From Eledone cirrhosa (lineage: Eukaryota), in assembly GCA_964016885.1 (NCBI GenBank), contig OZ024742.1, positions 35,960,001-36,024,000 on the forward strand: 64,000 nt of DNA. Reading direction: 5' to 3'. Positions 13,055 to 25,932 of the stretch are shown here, piece by piece. Numbering within the stretch: the stretch's first letter is position 1; each line of letters starts with the position of its first letter. The notes below the pieces were generated by a model. It saw only the letters and a program-made list of their open reading frames with translations. It had not been told where the DNA came from and searched no databases. Position numbers and translations under genes: made by a program.

Positions 13055-14279
13055 TGGTGGCTGCCAACTCGTTTTCGAGTACGGCCACTACTTTATATCC
13101 ATGTAGGAGAACCCCTACCGATGTGCTGAACGAGTGTGACTTTTTAGTCCAGCCAGCGACTTGAAAACTCTGGTACAAACACTACACTTGTGACAATTAT
13201 TGACACCTAGTGATGGGCCCATGGCACCATGTGACCCAACGTGTCGTGTGAGATCACTACTCGACCTGCATACCCTTCCACAAACATCACATGTTGTCGT
13301 CTGATGAACACTTATAGCTCCACAGGTGCCTGCTTCCCTGTTCTTGTGCACTCTCAGGTGACTCTTTAGACCTGCCATGCTCAGACAAACCTATTACAGG
13401 TCTCACATGTCAGGTCAGGCCGTCTGTCAGTGCCTTCGGGAAGGCCAACATGGATTCCTTTCCGGACATCTCTTTTTAGTCTCGCGTTCCTTCTTCTTGT
13501 TTCCTCAAATAGACTCTTGCCACTAGCCACTGCTTTCCTCCAATGCGATTGGTCGCTAGCGCATGCTTCCCAGTGCTCACAAGGGATGTTACTTTTCTTG
13601 AGCGCCCCCTTGATGCAGTCCTTAAAACGCATCTTGGGTTTGCTCGCGTTTTTTTTTCCCATTTGGAGCTCGCCATAAAGCAGCTGCTTCGGCATTCGCT
13701 TGTCATTCATCCTTACAAGATGGCCTGTCCAGCGCAGCTGATGTTTCAAAATCAAGGACTCGACACTATCACAGCCACTTCTGTCCAGAACCTCGACGGC
13801 ACTGACAAACATTTGCCAAGTTATACCGAAGATCCGACGTAAGCAGTACTGGTGGAACCTCTCAAGTCGCTTCATCTGTCTACGATAGACCACCCACGTC
13901 TCCCAAGCATAAAGAAGTGCCGCGAGCACACACGCATGATACAATTTGAGCTTTGTCTTTACCGAAATTCCGTGTTGAGACCAGAGACGCTTGTTCAGTT
14001 TTCCAAAAGCATCACTGGTTTTCTGTATCCTGTTTGATATTTCCCCATAAAGATCGCAGGACATACTCAGAGTGCTTCCAAGATATTCAAAACTGCCAAC
14101 GACCCTTAGCCGTTCACCATAAACCAAGATGTTGGGCTCACAACATGGCTTCCCAGGAGCTGGTTGGTACATGGCTACTGTCTTTTTCAGGCCTATGGTA
14201 AGTCCCAATGCAGTACACGCATTAGAAAATGCATCCATGAGATGCTGCATATCAATCTCAGTGTGCGCTACCAGGTCAC
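13055..14279 (-). mobile_element. 5'-truncated RTE/BovB-like LINE with three C-terminal C2H2 zinc fingers, inserted in (TACA)n
   Basis: RT from CDLVAHTE..FEYLGSTLS..LLYAWETW..LRWTGHLVRM..PKQLLYGEL. After a frameshift near 13380 come three fingers: CETC..HLRVH, CDVC..HVGSH, CSVC..HTRSAH. Confidence 0.9.
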
Positions 14280-14427
14280 ATACATACATACATACATACA
14301 TACATACATACATACATACATACATACATACACACATACATACATACACACATACACACATGCATACATGCATACATACATACATACATACATACATACA
14401 TACATACATACATACATACATACATAC

Positions 14428-15037
14428 ATGGTGGCTGCCAACTCGTTTTCGAGTACGGCCACTACTTTATATCCATGTAGGAGAACCCCTACCGATGCGC
14501 TGAACGAGTGTGACTTTTTAGTCCAGCCAGCGACTTGAAAACTCTGGTACAAACACTACACTTGTGACAATTACTGACACATAGTGCTGGGCCCATGGTA
14601 CCATGTGACGACAAGTGCAGAGAGATCTCCAGATATAAAGCAATGCCTGTGCCGTGAAGCTTTTATAGTGAGCAAAGGCACTGCACAAAGCCAGTCCCAC
14701 TCTCTTAACCAAGATGATATTTACCAAAAAGAAGAACAAGTCAACATCATTGGATACCATCAGGGTTGCAGGTGTTATATCAGAGTTTTCCTTCTCCTAG
14801 AATTCTGCCTTGACAAAGGCTAAGGGGTCATCTCTCCCGGTGATTTTGGATGGCCATTGACTCTTAAGAGCTCCTTTGCCCTTTGACAGGTTTTGTTTTT
14901 AGTCCTGCAGGATGTCCAAAGTCACCCTCCTCACCAAGAAACCTTGGTGGGGTTGCCAGTTTAGTCGCCAACGACCCGACCATGAGACAGGTTGTACTGG
15001 GATACATGTTACCAGTAGCACCAACTGGTGACCTGAC
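14428..15037 (-). mobile_element. Non-autonomous bipartite RTE derivative (5'UTR-like part fused to the 3' end of the 13055 element)
   Basis: 14428-14610 is nearly identical to 13055-13235. The rest is non-coding, with an RTE-5'UTR-like ctaggagaaggaaaactctgatataac motif. Flanked by (TACA)n. Confidence 0.75.
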
Positions 15038-15106
15038 ATATACATACATACATACATACATACATACATACATACATACATACATACATACATACATACA
15101 TACATA

Positions 15107-15450
15107 CGTTGTCAGAAAAATACAGGTGAAGGAGGACATCTACGGACCATTGATGAGGAGTTTACAAATCCAGTATCCAAGATACACCTTTAGCTTCATA
15201 CCCATCATTATTGGAGCTACGGGTTATATACCAACCCGCTTAGACCAAAGTATGACTGAACTTGGATTTGCGGACAAAGAGCGCGGCTCCCTAATTCATA
15301 GTCTACAAATGGCTGCGATAGCTGGCACCTTCAAAATTTGCAAAACATTCTTGCGATTCAAGGGATGACAATTTCTTTTCTTTTACAACTTTGCCACCAG
15401 GAAGGTGGCCGGTCAAAAAAATATACTCGAAATTAAGAGAAAGAGATAAC
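15107..15450 (+). mobile_element. Short 5'-truncated copy of the R4/Dong-like element
   Basis: Almost identical to 19368-19710 (VVRKIQ..KICKTFLRFKG* plus 3'UTR); flanked by (TACA)n. Confidence 0.9.
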
Positions 15451-15515
15451 ATACATACATACATACATACATACATACATACATACATACATACATACAT
15501 ACATACATACATACA

Positions 15516-18500
15516 ATGGCGACCGTTGTGGTCAGTGTCAGATAATCGGACGTCTGTAATTACGGCTTACATGAAGGCAACATACCATATATTGGAAAAA
15601 GTTGAGCTACATTACGCGGTAAGATTACATACAATAATTCTACATAAGTGTGTGAACTGTAAGTGTGTTGTAAAACACCTATTTATATGAACGATACATA
15701 CACTTATGAGATATGAACGATACATACACTTTAACATATAAATGCAACGTTATATTACATTTGTAAAGACATATGCAAGTAACGTTTTCGATTCAGAAAC
15801 AAAAACATAAGTGTTTGAACTGTGAATATGTTGTGAATAAGTTGTAGAATATGATACATAAACTTTAACATATAAATACAGCGTTGTTATATTATACTAC
15901 ATTCATAAATAAATATACTAAGTAACGATTTTTTTGTTGTTGTTGTTCTCGATTCAAACGATTCAAAAACAACGTTTAAAACACAGTTGTAGAATTAAAA
16001 ACTAACTGAAAAGAAATATTACCCAAGCTGTGAATAACTTTAAATTTGATTCTGACAGAACTTTGTCGAAACTTTTAAAGAAGATCATCGACTATTTTGA
16101 AAAATAAATACAAAATATTAGTGAATAGACGAACTCATCATGGCAAAACGTACAAGTCTCCTTCGACCAAATCGCAACTACAACCGTTGTATACAGTGGA
16201 GCTACAAGCTCAACAAAGAATTATATGAAGCATACAAACAATCTGAACCCCAAAAGTTCGGTTTTATGCAAAGGCTAAAAACTTTATGGAACTCCAAACA
16301 CCCAGAATTAGACTTTTCTCCAAAGCATTTAAATGAACAGGCAAAACGTATCATTAGATGTAAATTGATACATCTAACGGAATTGAGTGATACTACAAAT
16401 ACAGCCCTTGTAGACAACCACCCCACCTCCATTGACAGACAAAGAGAATGGCCAGCTAAATCTAACAGTGAACAGTTCACCAACAATTTTGCTGAAATCC
16501 ATCCCACCTCCACTGAAGAACAGCGAGAAAGGTCAGCTAACTCTAGTAGTAATTGTCACTACATCAACAACGAGGCTGAAATTCATGACTCTACTGTACA
16601 AACAGACACCAAAAACTTGTGAACACCTTACAAGTGATATGGGACGATATGTTTCAAGAGATACACAGCCTTAATGTGAGTGACAGACCATACAACACCA
16701 GAATCAGTAAAGAACCCACTAAATTGGAATTGGAAGCGGTGAACGAAATAGCTGGCAGTTATCTGAAGGCTATACGATCTAAAGGTGTAGAAACGACATT
16801 TGAAACGCTTAATATTTTGTTATATGTTTCAGCTGTCACATTGCTATCATATAACAAACATCTAAAACCACGCAATCAAGATACAAACAAAAAGCCTGAA
16901 CCAGCGTGGATGCGAAATTTAAAAAGCAAAATTTTGTCCCTGAGACGAAGTATCTCACACATCGCAGTCGTTATGAAATGCATCATAGAGAGCAACTTCA
17001 CACGACACCAGGAAGACCTAAAAAAAAAGTTAGAGAGACGATTTGGAGATACAAAATTTAAAACTTTGAACTCCAAATTACACCAGTTGAAACAACAACT
17101 CACAGCTACAACAGAAAGACTAAAATATAAGTCAACAGCACATAAACGACAAGTGCTAAATAGATTGTTTGCCAGAGATCCTAAATCAGTTTATCGCAGC
17201 TTCGGTGGCAAAATCTCAATCCCTGTAAATGACACCCCTTCAAAAGAACAGGTTGAGAGCTACTGGAGATATGTATGGGCAACGGATGACAGATTCAACA
17301 GACAAAATAATTGGCTAAAAGAACTGGAACAGGACTACTGCCAACATGTCCAGACAAAACAATATGACATAGATGGGTCAATACTGGAAACAGCTCTACA
17401 GAAAATGTCGAATAGGAAATCACCAGGCCCAGACCTCATTACAGGATACTGGTTGAAGAATTTCATTTTCTATCGGCAAGATCTCGTACGGCTGTTTACA
17501 GAAACCATTAAAGGCACACAAGAACTGCCCAGATGGTTATCAACTGCCACTACTCTCCTCATTCCCCAAAATAGCCAAACCACCCTTGCTAAAAATTACC
17601 GCCCAATAGCCTGCCAAAACATCATGTATAAATTATATACTGGGTGCCTTAACCTGTTCTTACAAGATCACTGTGCTACCAACAACATCATAACACCTGA
17701 GCAAGCTGGTGGAAAGAGGGAGGTGTGGGGTTGCATAGATCACCTACTAATTAATAAAATAATTCAAGAAAAAACAACAAAGAATCGCAGAAACATGACT
17801 GTGGCTGGACTATCAAAAAGCATTTGATAGTGTACCTCATGGGTGGATTATTAAGGTTTTACAGTTAGCCAAAGTCCCACAACCATTGGTAGCTGCTGTT
17901 GAACGCCTGACCAAGAACTGGTACACCAATTTGATCCTTAGAGGTGAGAAGGAGCAAGTTAAGACTGATAAGATACATTACCAGAAGGGCATCTTTCAGG
18001 GTGATAGCTTGTCAGTGCTACTCTTCGTTCTCTCACTAAATCCACTATCTTACCTACTCAGGAAACAAGGTGGACAAAGAAGTGGGTCCAGAAGTATCTC
18101 CCATCTTTTCTTTGTTGATGACCTGAAGTTGTATGGGCCAAATATCAATGACATCAAGAAACAATTGGACCTCATTACACAATTTTCAACAGACATCAAA
18201 ATGAAATTTGGTGAGTCCAAGTGTGCATATTTGGCAGTAAAACGTGGAAGAGCTGTGCCCTCCTCTAGAAATCTAGAGATGAACGGCCTGACAATACAAC
18301 CTCTACAGTCAGGTGACAACTACAGATATCTTGGACAGGATGAGAATGTCAGATATGATGGACCCATAAATAAGGAGAGAACCAGAACTGAATACCTCAG
18401 AAGAGTAAAGAAAATATGGTGATCAGAACTGTCAGCGTACAACAAATACATTGCCCACAATACTTATGCTGTGCCAATTCTAACGCCAACATTTGGCCTG

Positions 18501-19710
18501 CTGAACTGAAGTAAGTAAGATGGATGTTAGAACTCGAAAACTTCTCAGTGTTACTGGGAACTTTAACATCAATGGTGATGTGGATAGGCTATACTTCTCA
18601 CGCAAGGAAGGTGGCCGGGGTCTAAAATCCATATTAACAACATATGAGACCCGGATAGTAACACTGAAGCAACACCTTCAACAGAGGAAAAAGGTTGGCA
18701 ACCATCTTGCCCAGGTTTATGAGCATGAAAAAAAAATATCATTAGAATAGCGACTGATCTGGAGGAGAGATATGGAATAAAGCCTGATATAAATCTCTCA
18801 CCCAGAGAAATCGGAAGATCCTATTCAATGTTCAAACAAGATGAAAAAATTGACCAATTTACAGAAAAAGTTGTGCATGGATACTTGCGACGTAAAACAC
18901 GGACCATAGAGGGGATAAACCACTCAAAAAGCCTGGCATGGAGTTCCGACAAGTTTATGACATCACACCTTGAGGGATATCTCTATGCAATACAGGAACA
19001 AGAACACCCTACCAAATATCTGCTGCACAAAAGGGGAGGGCCATCAGCTGACAATAAATGTAGGCTATGTAAAACAAAGATCGAGGATGTAAGCCACATT
19101 GTTTCCAGCTGCGAAAGAATGTCATCTCGCTACTACCTCCGATGAGACACGATGGGATAGCTAGAACCATCTAGAACGCACTTCGGAAAACAAAATTAAC
19201 AACAAACGAGGAAGAATATATTGAGACAGATGGCACTAAGGAATACTGGTGGAACCTGAAAATAAAAACTGCCACCAAATTAAAGCACAACCGGCCTGAT
19301 ATTGTTGTTTGGGACCACACATTGAAAACGTGTTCTGTTGTGGAGATCAGCTGCCCACTTGATGTAAACGTTGTCAGAAAAATACAGGAGAAGGAGAATA
19401 TCTACGGACCATTGATGAGGAGTTTACAAATCCAGTATCCAAGATACACCTTTAGCTTCATACCCATCATTATTGGAGCTACGGGTTATATACCAACCCG
19501 CTTGGACCAAAGTATGACTGAACTTGGATTTGCGGACAAAGAGCGCAGCTCCCTAATTCATAGTCTACAAATGGCTGCGATAGCTGGCACCTTCAAAATT
19601 TGCAAAACATTCTTGCGATTCAAGGGATGACAATTTCTTTTCTTTTACAACCTTGCCACCAGGAAGGTGGCCGGTCAAAAAAATATACTCGAAATTAAGA
19701 GAAAGAGATA
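15516..19710 (+). mobile_element. Near full-length R4/Dong-like non-LTR retrotransposon (RT + CCHC + restriction-like endonuclease), ORF broken
   Basis: Six ORF pieces over 16140-19630 carry KSPGPD, NYRPIAC, GIFQGDSLS, FFVDDLKLY, YRYLG, CRLC..HIVSSC and HNRPDIVVWD..VVEISCP. (TACA)n on both sides. Confidence 0.9.
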
Positions 19711-19737
19711 ACATACATACATACACCCATACATATA

Positions 19738-20019
19738 TGGTGGCTGCCAACTCGTTTTCGAGTACGGCCACTACTTTATATCCATGTAGGAGAACCCCTA
19801 CTGATGCGCTGAACAAGTGTGACTTTTTAGTCCAGCCAGCGACTTGAAAACTCTGGTACAAACACTACTCTTGTGACAATTATTGACACATAGTGCTGGG
19901 CCCATGGTACCATGTGACGATAAGTGCAGAGAGATCTCCAGATATAAAGCAATGCCTGTGCCGTGAAGCGTTTATAGTGAGCAAAGGCACTGCACAAAGC
20001 CAGTCCCACTCTCTTAACC
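19738..20019 (-). mobile_element. Truncated copy of the bipartite RTE derivative
   Basis: Nearly identical to 14428-14710; flanked by (TACA)n. Confidence 0.85.
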
Positions 20020-20085
20020 ATACATACATACATACATACATACATACATACATACATACATACATACAAACATACATACATACAT

Positions 20086-21657
20086 ATTGGGGCAGTGATT
20101 ATTGGGGCACTGGGATATGTTAGTAACTGCCTCAATACAAATCTTGAGAAGCTAGGCTTCACAGGAACAGAAAGAACACAACTAGTTAGGAAATTACAAG
20201 TACAATCCATTAATGGAACAGTAAAAATATGTAAAACATTCCAAAAATGTTGCATCTAATAACTGTATATAAACATGTACAGATACAAAGCATATACACA
20301 TGCACACATACAACTCAAAACATCCACATCCACACATACAATAACATCCATATCTACATATGCACGCATGCATACATACATATCTACCTAGTTGATGTTG
20401 CGTAAATTCCAATGAGAGAGTCTTGTGTCTATGTTAGAAACCGACTCTCTCGCTATTGGGAAAAAATTGGTGAAATTATAAAACCAGAAGAATATACATA
20501 CATGTGGATAGGCTATACTTCTCACGCAAGGAGGGTGACCAGAGCTTCAAATCCATATTAACTTCATACGAGACTCGGATTATAACATTGAAGCAACATC
20601 TTCAAGAGAAGAAACAAGTCCGCAGCCATCTCACCCATGTTTATGATTAGGAAAACAATAATATTGTTAGGATAGCTTACTGATCTAGAGAGAAAACATT
20701 AAATAAAAGCTGATATAAATCATTCTCCCAGGAACATTGGGAGACTCTACTTAAAGCTCGAAGAAAATAAATAAACCAAAATGCATAAAATTGATAAAAA
20801 ACAATACATCGGTACTTGAGACTAAAAACAGAGACCATAGAGGGAATAAACCATACTAAAACCCTGACATGGAGTTCTGTCAAGTTCATAACATTCCACT
20901 TTGAAGGATATCTCCATGTAATCCAAGAGCAACGAACCCCAACCAAGTACCTACAGCGCAGAAGAGGAACGTCATCAACAAATGTAGATTATGCAAAACA
21001 AAGATTGAAGATGTTAGCCACATTATTGCCAACTATGAAAAAATGTCTTCTCGTTACTACCTCACCACGAGGCACGATGTGATAGCTAGAACGATTGGAT
21101 TGTATTACCGAAGACGAAAATCAAATCAATTAGGGAGGAATATAATTAGACTGAGGGCTCAAAAGAAGACTAGTGGAAACTAAAAATCTATTCCGCTACC
21201 AAATTAAAGTACAACCGGCTTGATATTGTTGTTCGGGACCACACATTAAAAACATGTTCTTTTGTAGAAGTCAGCTGCCCACTTGATGTCAATGTAGTAA
21301 GAAAAATACAAGAGAAGGAGGATATCTACGGACTATTGATGAGGAGTTTACAGATCCAGTATCCAAGATACACGTTAAGCTTCATTACCCATTATTATTG
21401 AGGCTGCATGCTGTATTCCAGCCAACCTAGACCAAAGTATGTCTGAACTTAGATTTGTAGAGAAAGAACGTAGCTCCTTAATTCATAAGCTACAAATGGC
21501 CGCAATATCTGGAACATTAAAAATCTGTAAAACATTCTTAAAATTCAAAAAATGAATGTTTACACAAGAAACGGTGACCATTTCCGTTTCATTACAACCT
21601 TGCCACCGGGAAGGTGACGGATCGAAAATAAACTCAAAATTAAGAGAAAGAGAAACC
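20086..21657 (+). pseudogene. Two older, decayed R4/Dong-like 3' fragments
   Basis: 20086-20260 reads VIIGALG..GTVKICKTF. 20503-21657 parallels 18578-19710 (VDRLYFSRKEG..EVSCPLDVNVVRKIQEKE..KICKTFLKF) and has the same 3' end. Confidence 0.8.
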
Positions 21658-21860
21658 ATGCATGCATACATACATGCATACATATTCATATATACACGCA
21701 TATATGCCTCTATGCGTGCGCACACTCACATATATTCATAAATACATAGTACAGACAAATATACATACATATACACATGCACACAAACACACACACACAC
21801 ACACATACGCACGTATTTATTCAGAAATGCATACATACATTCATGCATACAGGTAGATTG

Positions 21861-22173
21861 AGGGCACTCCGTCGGTTACGACGACGAGTGTTCCAGATGA
21901 TCCGAGTAACGGAACAGCCTGCTCGTGAAATTAACGTGCAAGTGGCTGAGCATTCCACAAACACGCGTGCGTAGTTCTCAGGGAGATTCGGTATGACACA
22001 ATGTGACAAGGCTGACCCTTCGAATTACAGGTACAACTCACTTTTGCTAACTGAGTGAACTGGAGCAACGTGAAATGAAGTGTCTTGCTCAAGGACATAG
22101 CGCACCGCTGGGAATCGAACTCAAGACCTTACGATCGTGAGCCGAATACATTAACCACAAAGTCACGCGCCTT
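21861..22173 (-). mobile_element. tRNA-derived SINE (V-like domain)
   Basis: Minus strand: gcgcgtgactttgtggtta..gagttcgattccc..tgtccttgagcaagacac. Confidence 0.75.
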
Positions 22174-22196
22174 CACATACATACGAACATACGTGA

Positions 22197-22535
22197 CGAT
22201 GGCTGCCCCCTCGTTATCGAGTATGGCCATTGAACGATATAACATTATTAATTAATCTATCATGCAATGCCTCTGCGTGAAGATTTTTTTTCAAGTGAGG
22301 AAAGACTGTGCACTGAGCCAATCCCACTCACTGAAAGGCAGTAGCTATACCCCGAAAAGAAGAAAAGATTAACATCATCGGTAACTACTGAGCCGCAGGT
22401 TTTATATCGGAGTTATCCCAGTTTCCTGAGTTGCCTTCTCCTAGAAGAATGTCCTGACAAAGGCTAGGGGTCCTTCACTCCCAGTGGTTTAACCGCGTGA
22501 TTGGGTATCCAGCGCGATTATTTTTATGTCCCCGC
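22197..22535 (-). mobile_element. Diverged relative of the bipartite RTE derivative
   Basis: Shares gcaatgcct.tgc.gtgaag, agccaatcccactc and ccttctcctagaa..tgacaaaggcta with 14640-14830. Confidence 0.6.
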
Positions 22536-23149
22536 GTTTATACATATACATACACATGCATACATGTATATACATATATACATATACACATATATACATA
22601 TACACATACATACATACATACATACATACATACATACATACATACATACATGCATACATACATACATACATATACACACATATATACATACATACATATA
22701 TACATACATGCAGTGTGTATGCGCATGCACACGTATATGTGTTATGTCTACCTCTACACTATAATACACATACTTCCGTTGTACTATAAACTATATCCTT
22801 GTGAGTCAAATCGTACCACACATTTGTAGTATTACGTCTTGTGACGTAGATAATATATTTGACCAATGAAAACACTGATAAGAAGTCACGCTCTGAACTA
22901 CTGTCTTTTTTCCTCTCGTTTAATCCACAATACGCCATCACACTCCCTCTTTTGTACTCTGTCTTTCTATTTATCTACCTTTGTATAATACATAGACGTA
23001 TGAGGTCCATATTCTATATCTATTTTTTCTTTTTGATAAACACTGGTGACGTAAAATCTTTTCTGACCAATGAAATTACAGTATCAAATATATTCATTTA
23101 TTTAATAGTTTTTCAGCAGTGACACGTTAAGTTACGCACCCATTGCGTC

Positions 23150-23950
23150 TGAATGTTGTTATTGTTGCTGTTGCTGCTACTACTACTACTACTAGTACTG
23201 CTGCTGCAGCTGTTGTTGGTGCTGTAGCTGTTGTTATTACTACTGCTGTTTCTGCTTCTAATGATGATGATGATGATGATGATATGACGTTTTTGTTGTT
23301 GGTGTTGGTGTTGGTAGTGGTGGTATTGATGGTGATGATGATAATGGCGACGATGATGATGATGACGAGCAGAAGGAGGAGGAGGATGATGATGATGAGG
23401 AGGAGGACGAGGAGGAGGAGATGGAGGAGGTGGAGGAGGAGATGGAGGAGGAGGGGGTGATATTGTTGTTATCATTACGCTGCTACTAATGATGATGATG
23501 TTATGACGTCGTTGCTGTTGTTTTTGTTGTTGGTGTTGGTAGTGGTGGTGTTGATGGTGATGGTGATGATGATAATGATGATGACAATGACGACGACGAC
23601 GATGATGATGATGATGATGATGATGCTATTGTTGTTCTTAGTCTTTACCACATAGTCTCGATCTTTCCTTTTATCTTGTGGTATCTGACCAAGCTTCAGC
23701 TACCTGCGTTCTCTATTCAAATTCGGCTGTCGTCTGGTGGCTTTCTTACAACCTCGCACAAAATGCCTTGCTCTCTTTGCTCGGGCTCTTTGCGTGCTGG
23801 GTTCAAATCACACCGTGGCTTATTTCGAGGGTAAATTTTGTCCAGTTTAATAACACCACCACCACCACCACCACTCCACCACCTCCACCACCACCGACTA
23901 TCACCAACCCCTCCACCCCCACTACCACCACCACCACCACCACCACCAGC
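23150..23950. repeat. Compound trinucleotide microsatellites (GAT/GGA/GTT/ACC)
   Basis: Direct inspection; explains the low-complexity ORFs here. Confidence 0.9.
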
Positions 23951-24163
23951 CAAAGATGGCTGTCACCGAAATATATATAGCAGTAATAAACGAAGCCAAA
24001 TTTTAAACATTTGAGTTATTTATTTTATTTATTTTATTTTATTTTATTTTACATTACTCCGGAGTAACCAAACCAACCTGCGCACTTCGTCGAGTGCTCC
24101 AATTTGCATACTGAGGTGTTGGTATACAACCAACATATAATCAATATATATATATATATATAT

Positions 24164-24592
24164 ATATTATTTAAAATATTAATAAATGGATACATCACAT
24201 AATCGAAATATGTTTTATTATATATATTTCGGAGGTACTGTGCTGTTTTTTCAGTACGTCCTCATCAGATAAAATACATAAATTGATGCATGACATACCT
24301 CAACTGTGCTGATGGTTCAATTCAATGCCAAGACTGGAATTGAACCATCAGCACAGTTGAGGTATGTCATGCATCAATTTATGTATTTTATCTGATGAGG
24401 ACGTACTGAAAAAAACAGCACAGTACCTCCGAAATATATATAATAAAACATATATTTTGATTATGTGAATGTATCCATTTATTAATATTTTGAATAATAT
24501 TAATAACTCCAGAAAATGTCTTTGTTGAGTGCTTTTAATCTATTGTAAAACTGTATTCATTGAATAATCAATGAACCTTGTTTAACATTTGG

Positions 24593-24593
<1 letters not shown>
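24164..24593 (+). mobile_element. PLE fold-back element: ~160-bp inverted arms plus unique tail, in (TA)n
   Basis: 24164-24323 is the reverse complement of 24338-24500. Hammerhead in the arm; tail hairpin ACTC(24506)..GAGT(24527). Confidence 0.85.
24381..24451 (+). ncRNA. Type I hammerhead ribozyme (antisense copy in left arm)
   Basis: TTTTAT-CTGATGA-GGACGTACTG..CAGTACCTCC-GAAA-TATATA-TA-ATAAAA; minimal palindromic stem III as in PLE hammerheads. Confidence 0.8.
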
Positions 24594-24653
<60 letters not shown>

Positions 24654-24664
24654 TAACAGATTAA

Positions 24665-24715
24665 AGTTTAAGCAAAGAATTGTTGCTTTCACCCTTAACG
24701 GGATCTTCTGAAACT
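24665..24715 (-). ncRNA. Hammerhead-like motif with variant core CAGAAGA
   Basis: AGTTT-CAGAAGA-TCCCgttaaGGGT-GAAA-GCAAcaattctTTGC-TT-AAACT; all three stems pair. Second copy at 48188-48238. Confidence 0.6.
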
Positions 24716-24891
24716 AACAAATTCAATCTGTGAACGCAGAAGTGAATATTTCAAAAAATGTTGCAGCCGGAGGAAGACAGGAAGACGATATTTGCTCTAC
24801 GGTTCTTATATATTTGATATATATTTATCCTTATCGAGCCCTCTTTGGATTTTAGTCTTCAAATTTATTATTATTTATATATATATATATA

Positions 24892-25443
24892 CCAAGCTGT
24901 GAAACGCCGCCCAGGCTTTGCTCTTCCTCTCAACCACATCATCTTCCGTATTCCCAATCTTTGCTCCCAAATACAAGAAGTCTTCAACCAATTCTAGCGG
25001 CTTCCCGCCTACATTAGTGGTCCCCTCTGGCTTCTCAACATTCTCTACCAGATATTTTGTTTTAGTCTCATTCATTCTCAGCCCCACACTTATCGACACA
25101 GTCTCAACCTCCTGCATCAAATCCTCTGCCTCCTTCACTGTATTTGTGACCAAAACTATGTCGTCGGCAAATTCAGCATCCGATATCTTTTTCGCCTTAA
25201 CTCTCAGAGGAGACTGGGGTTAGCTGGACATGCTCACCGACATCCAGAGTTGACATTGCACTCAGTGCTCCTGTGGGAGCCCCTACATGGACACACTGGA
25301 AGAGGAAGACCAAGGTTAACGTATGTTGATGCCCTAAGGACAGACACTGGTCTGTTGGAAACGCAGGACATGGCAGCGATAATGAGGGACAGAGACCGCT
25401 GGAGAGAACTCGTCCATCGATCTCGGGAATTTTAACTGCCCTA
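24892..25443. mobile_element. RTE-like LINE fragment with 5' inversion, in (TA)n
   Basis: 24892-25220 (-) reads EFADDIVLVTNT..VGLRMNETKTKY..FLYLGA. 25220-25443 (+) reads LAGHAHRHPE..GRGRPRLTYVDAL..RDRWRELV. Confidence 0.8.
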
Positions 25444-25633
25444 GAATATATATATATTAAATCGAGACAGGCAAACCATATTATGTTAAATTAGTATTTT
25501 TTCAACCTAGCTAACTTGGTCATTTGCAATCCGAACACTTCTATAATTGTATAGATGTTCAACCCTCATATATTCATTTGTATATATATATATGGATTTC
25601 GGGAATTTTACCCGCCCTAAAATATATATATAT

Positions 25634-25932
25634 CGAGGTTAACTTTGCCTTTCATCCTTACGGGGTCGATAAAATAAAGTACCAGTAATGTACTGGGTAA
25701 TTGTTGGCCTTGTGCCAAAAGTAGAAACAATTATTTATTCAAAGGCGGTGGATTGGCAGTATCGGTAGAGAGTCGGACGCCATGCTTTGACGCATAGAGT
25801 TACGGCCCTTGCCATTCTGAGTTCAACTCCCGCCGAGGTTAACTTTGCCTTTCATCCTTACGGGGTCGATAAAATAAAGTACCAGTAATGCACTGGGTAT
25901 TTGCTGGCCTTGTGCTAAAAGTAGAAACAATT
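25634..25932 (+). mobile_element. tRNA-SINE, partial copy plus full copy in tandem
   Basis: Same family as 10975; the full copy starts ggcggtggattggcag at 25744. Confidence 0.8.

Noticed and set aside
18418-18512. In-frame TGA codons in the R4-like ORF as possible selenocysteine or readthrough
   Set aside because: The element also has several frameshifts and TAG/TAA stops, and I saw no SECIS; ordinary decay.
22480-22830. MYVC/YIHT, IYIY and CVCV ORFs here and throughout the window
   Set aside because: Translations of (TACA)n, (TA)n and (CA)n microsatellites.
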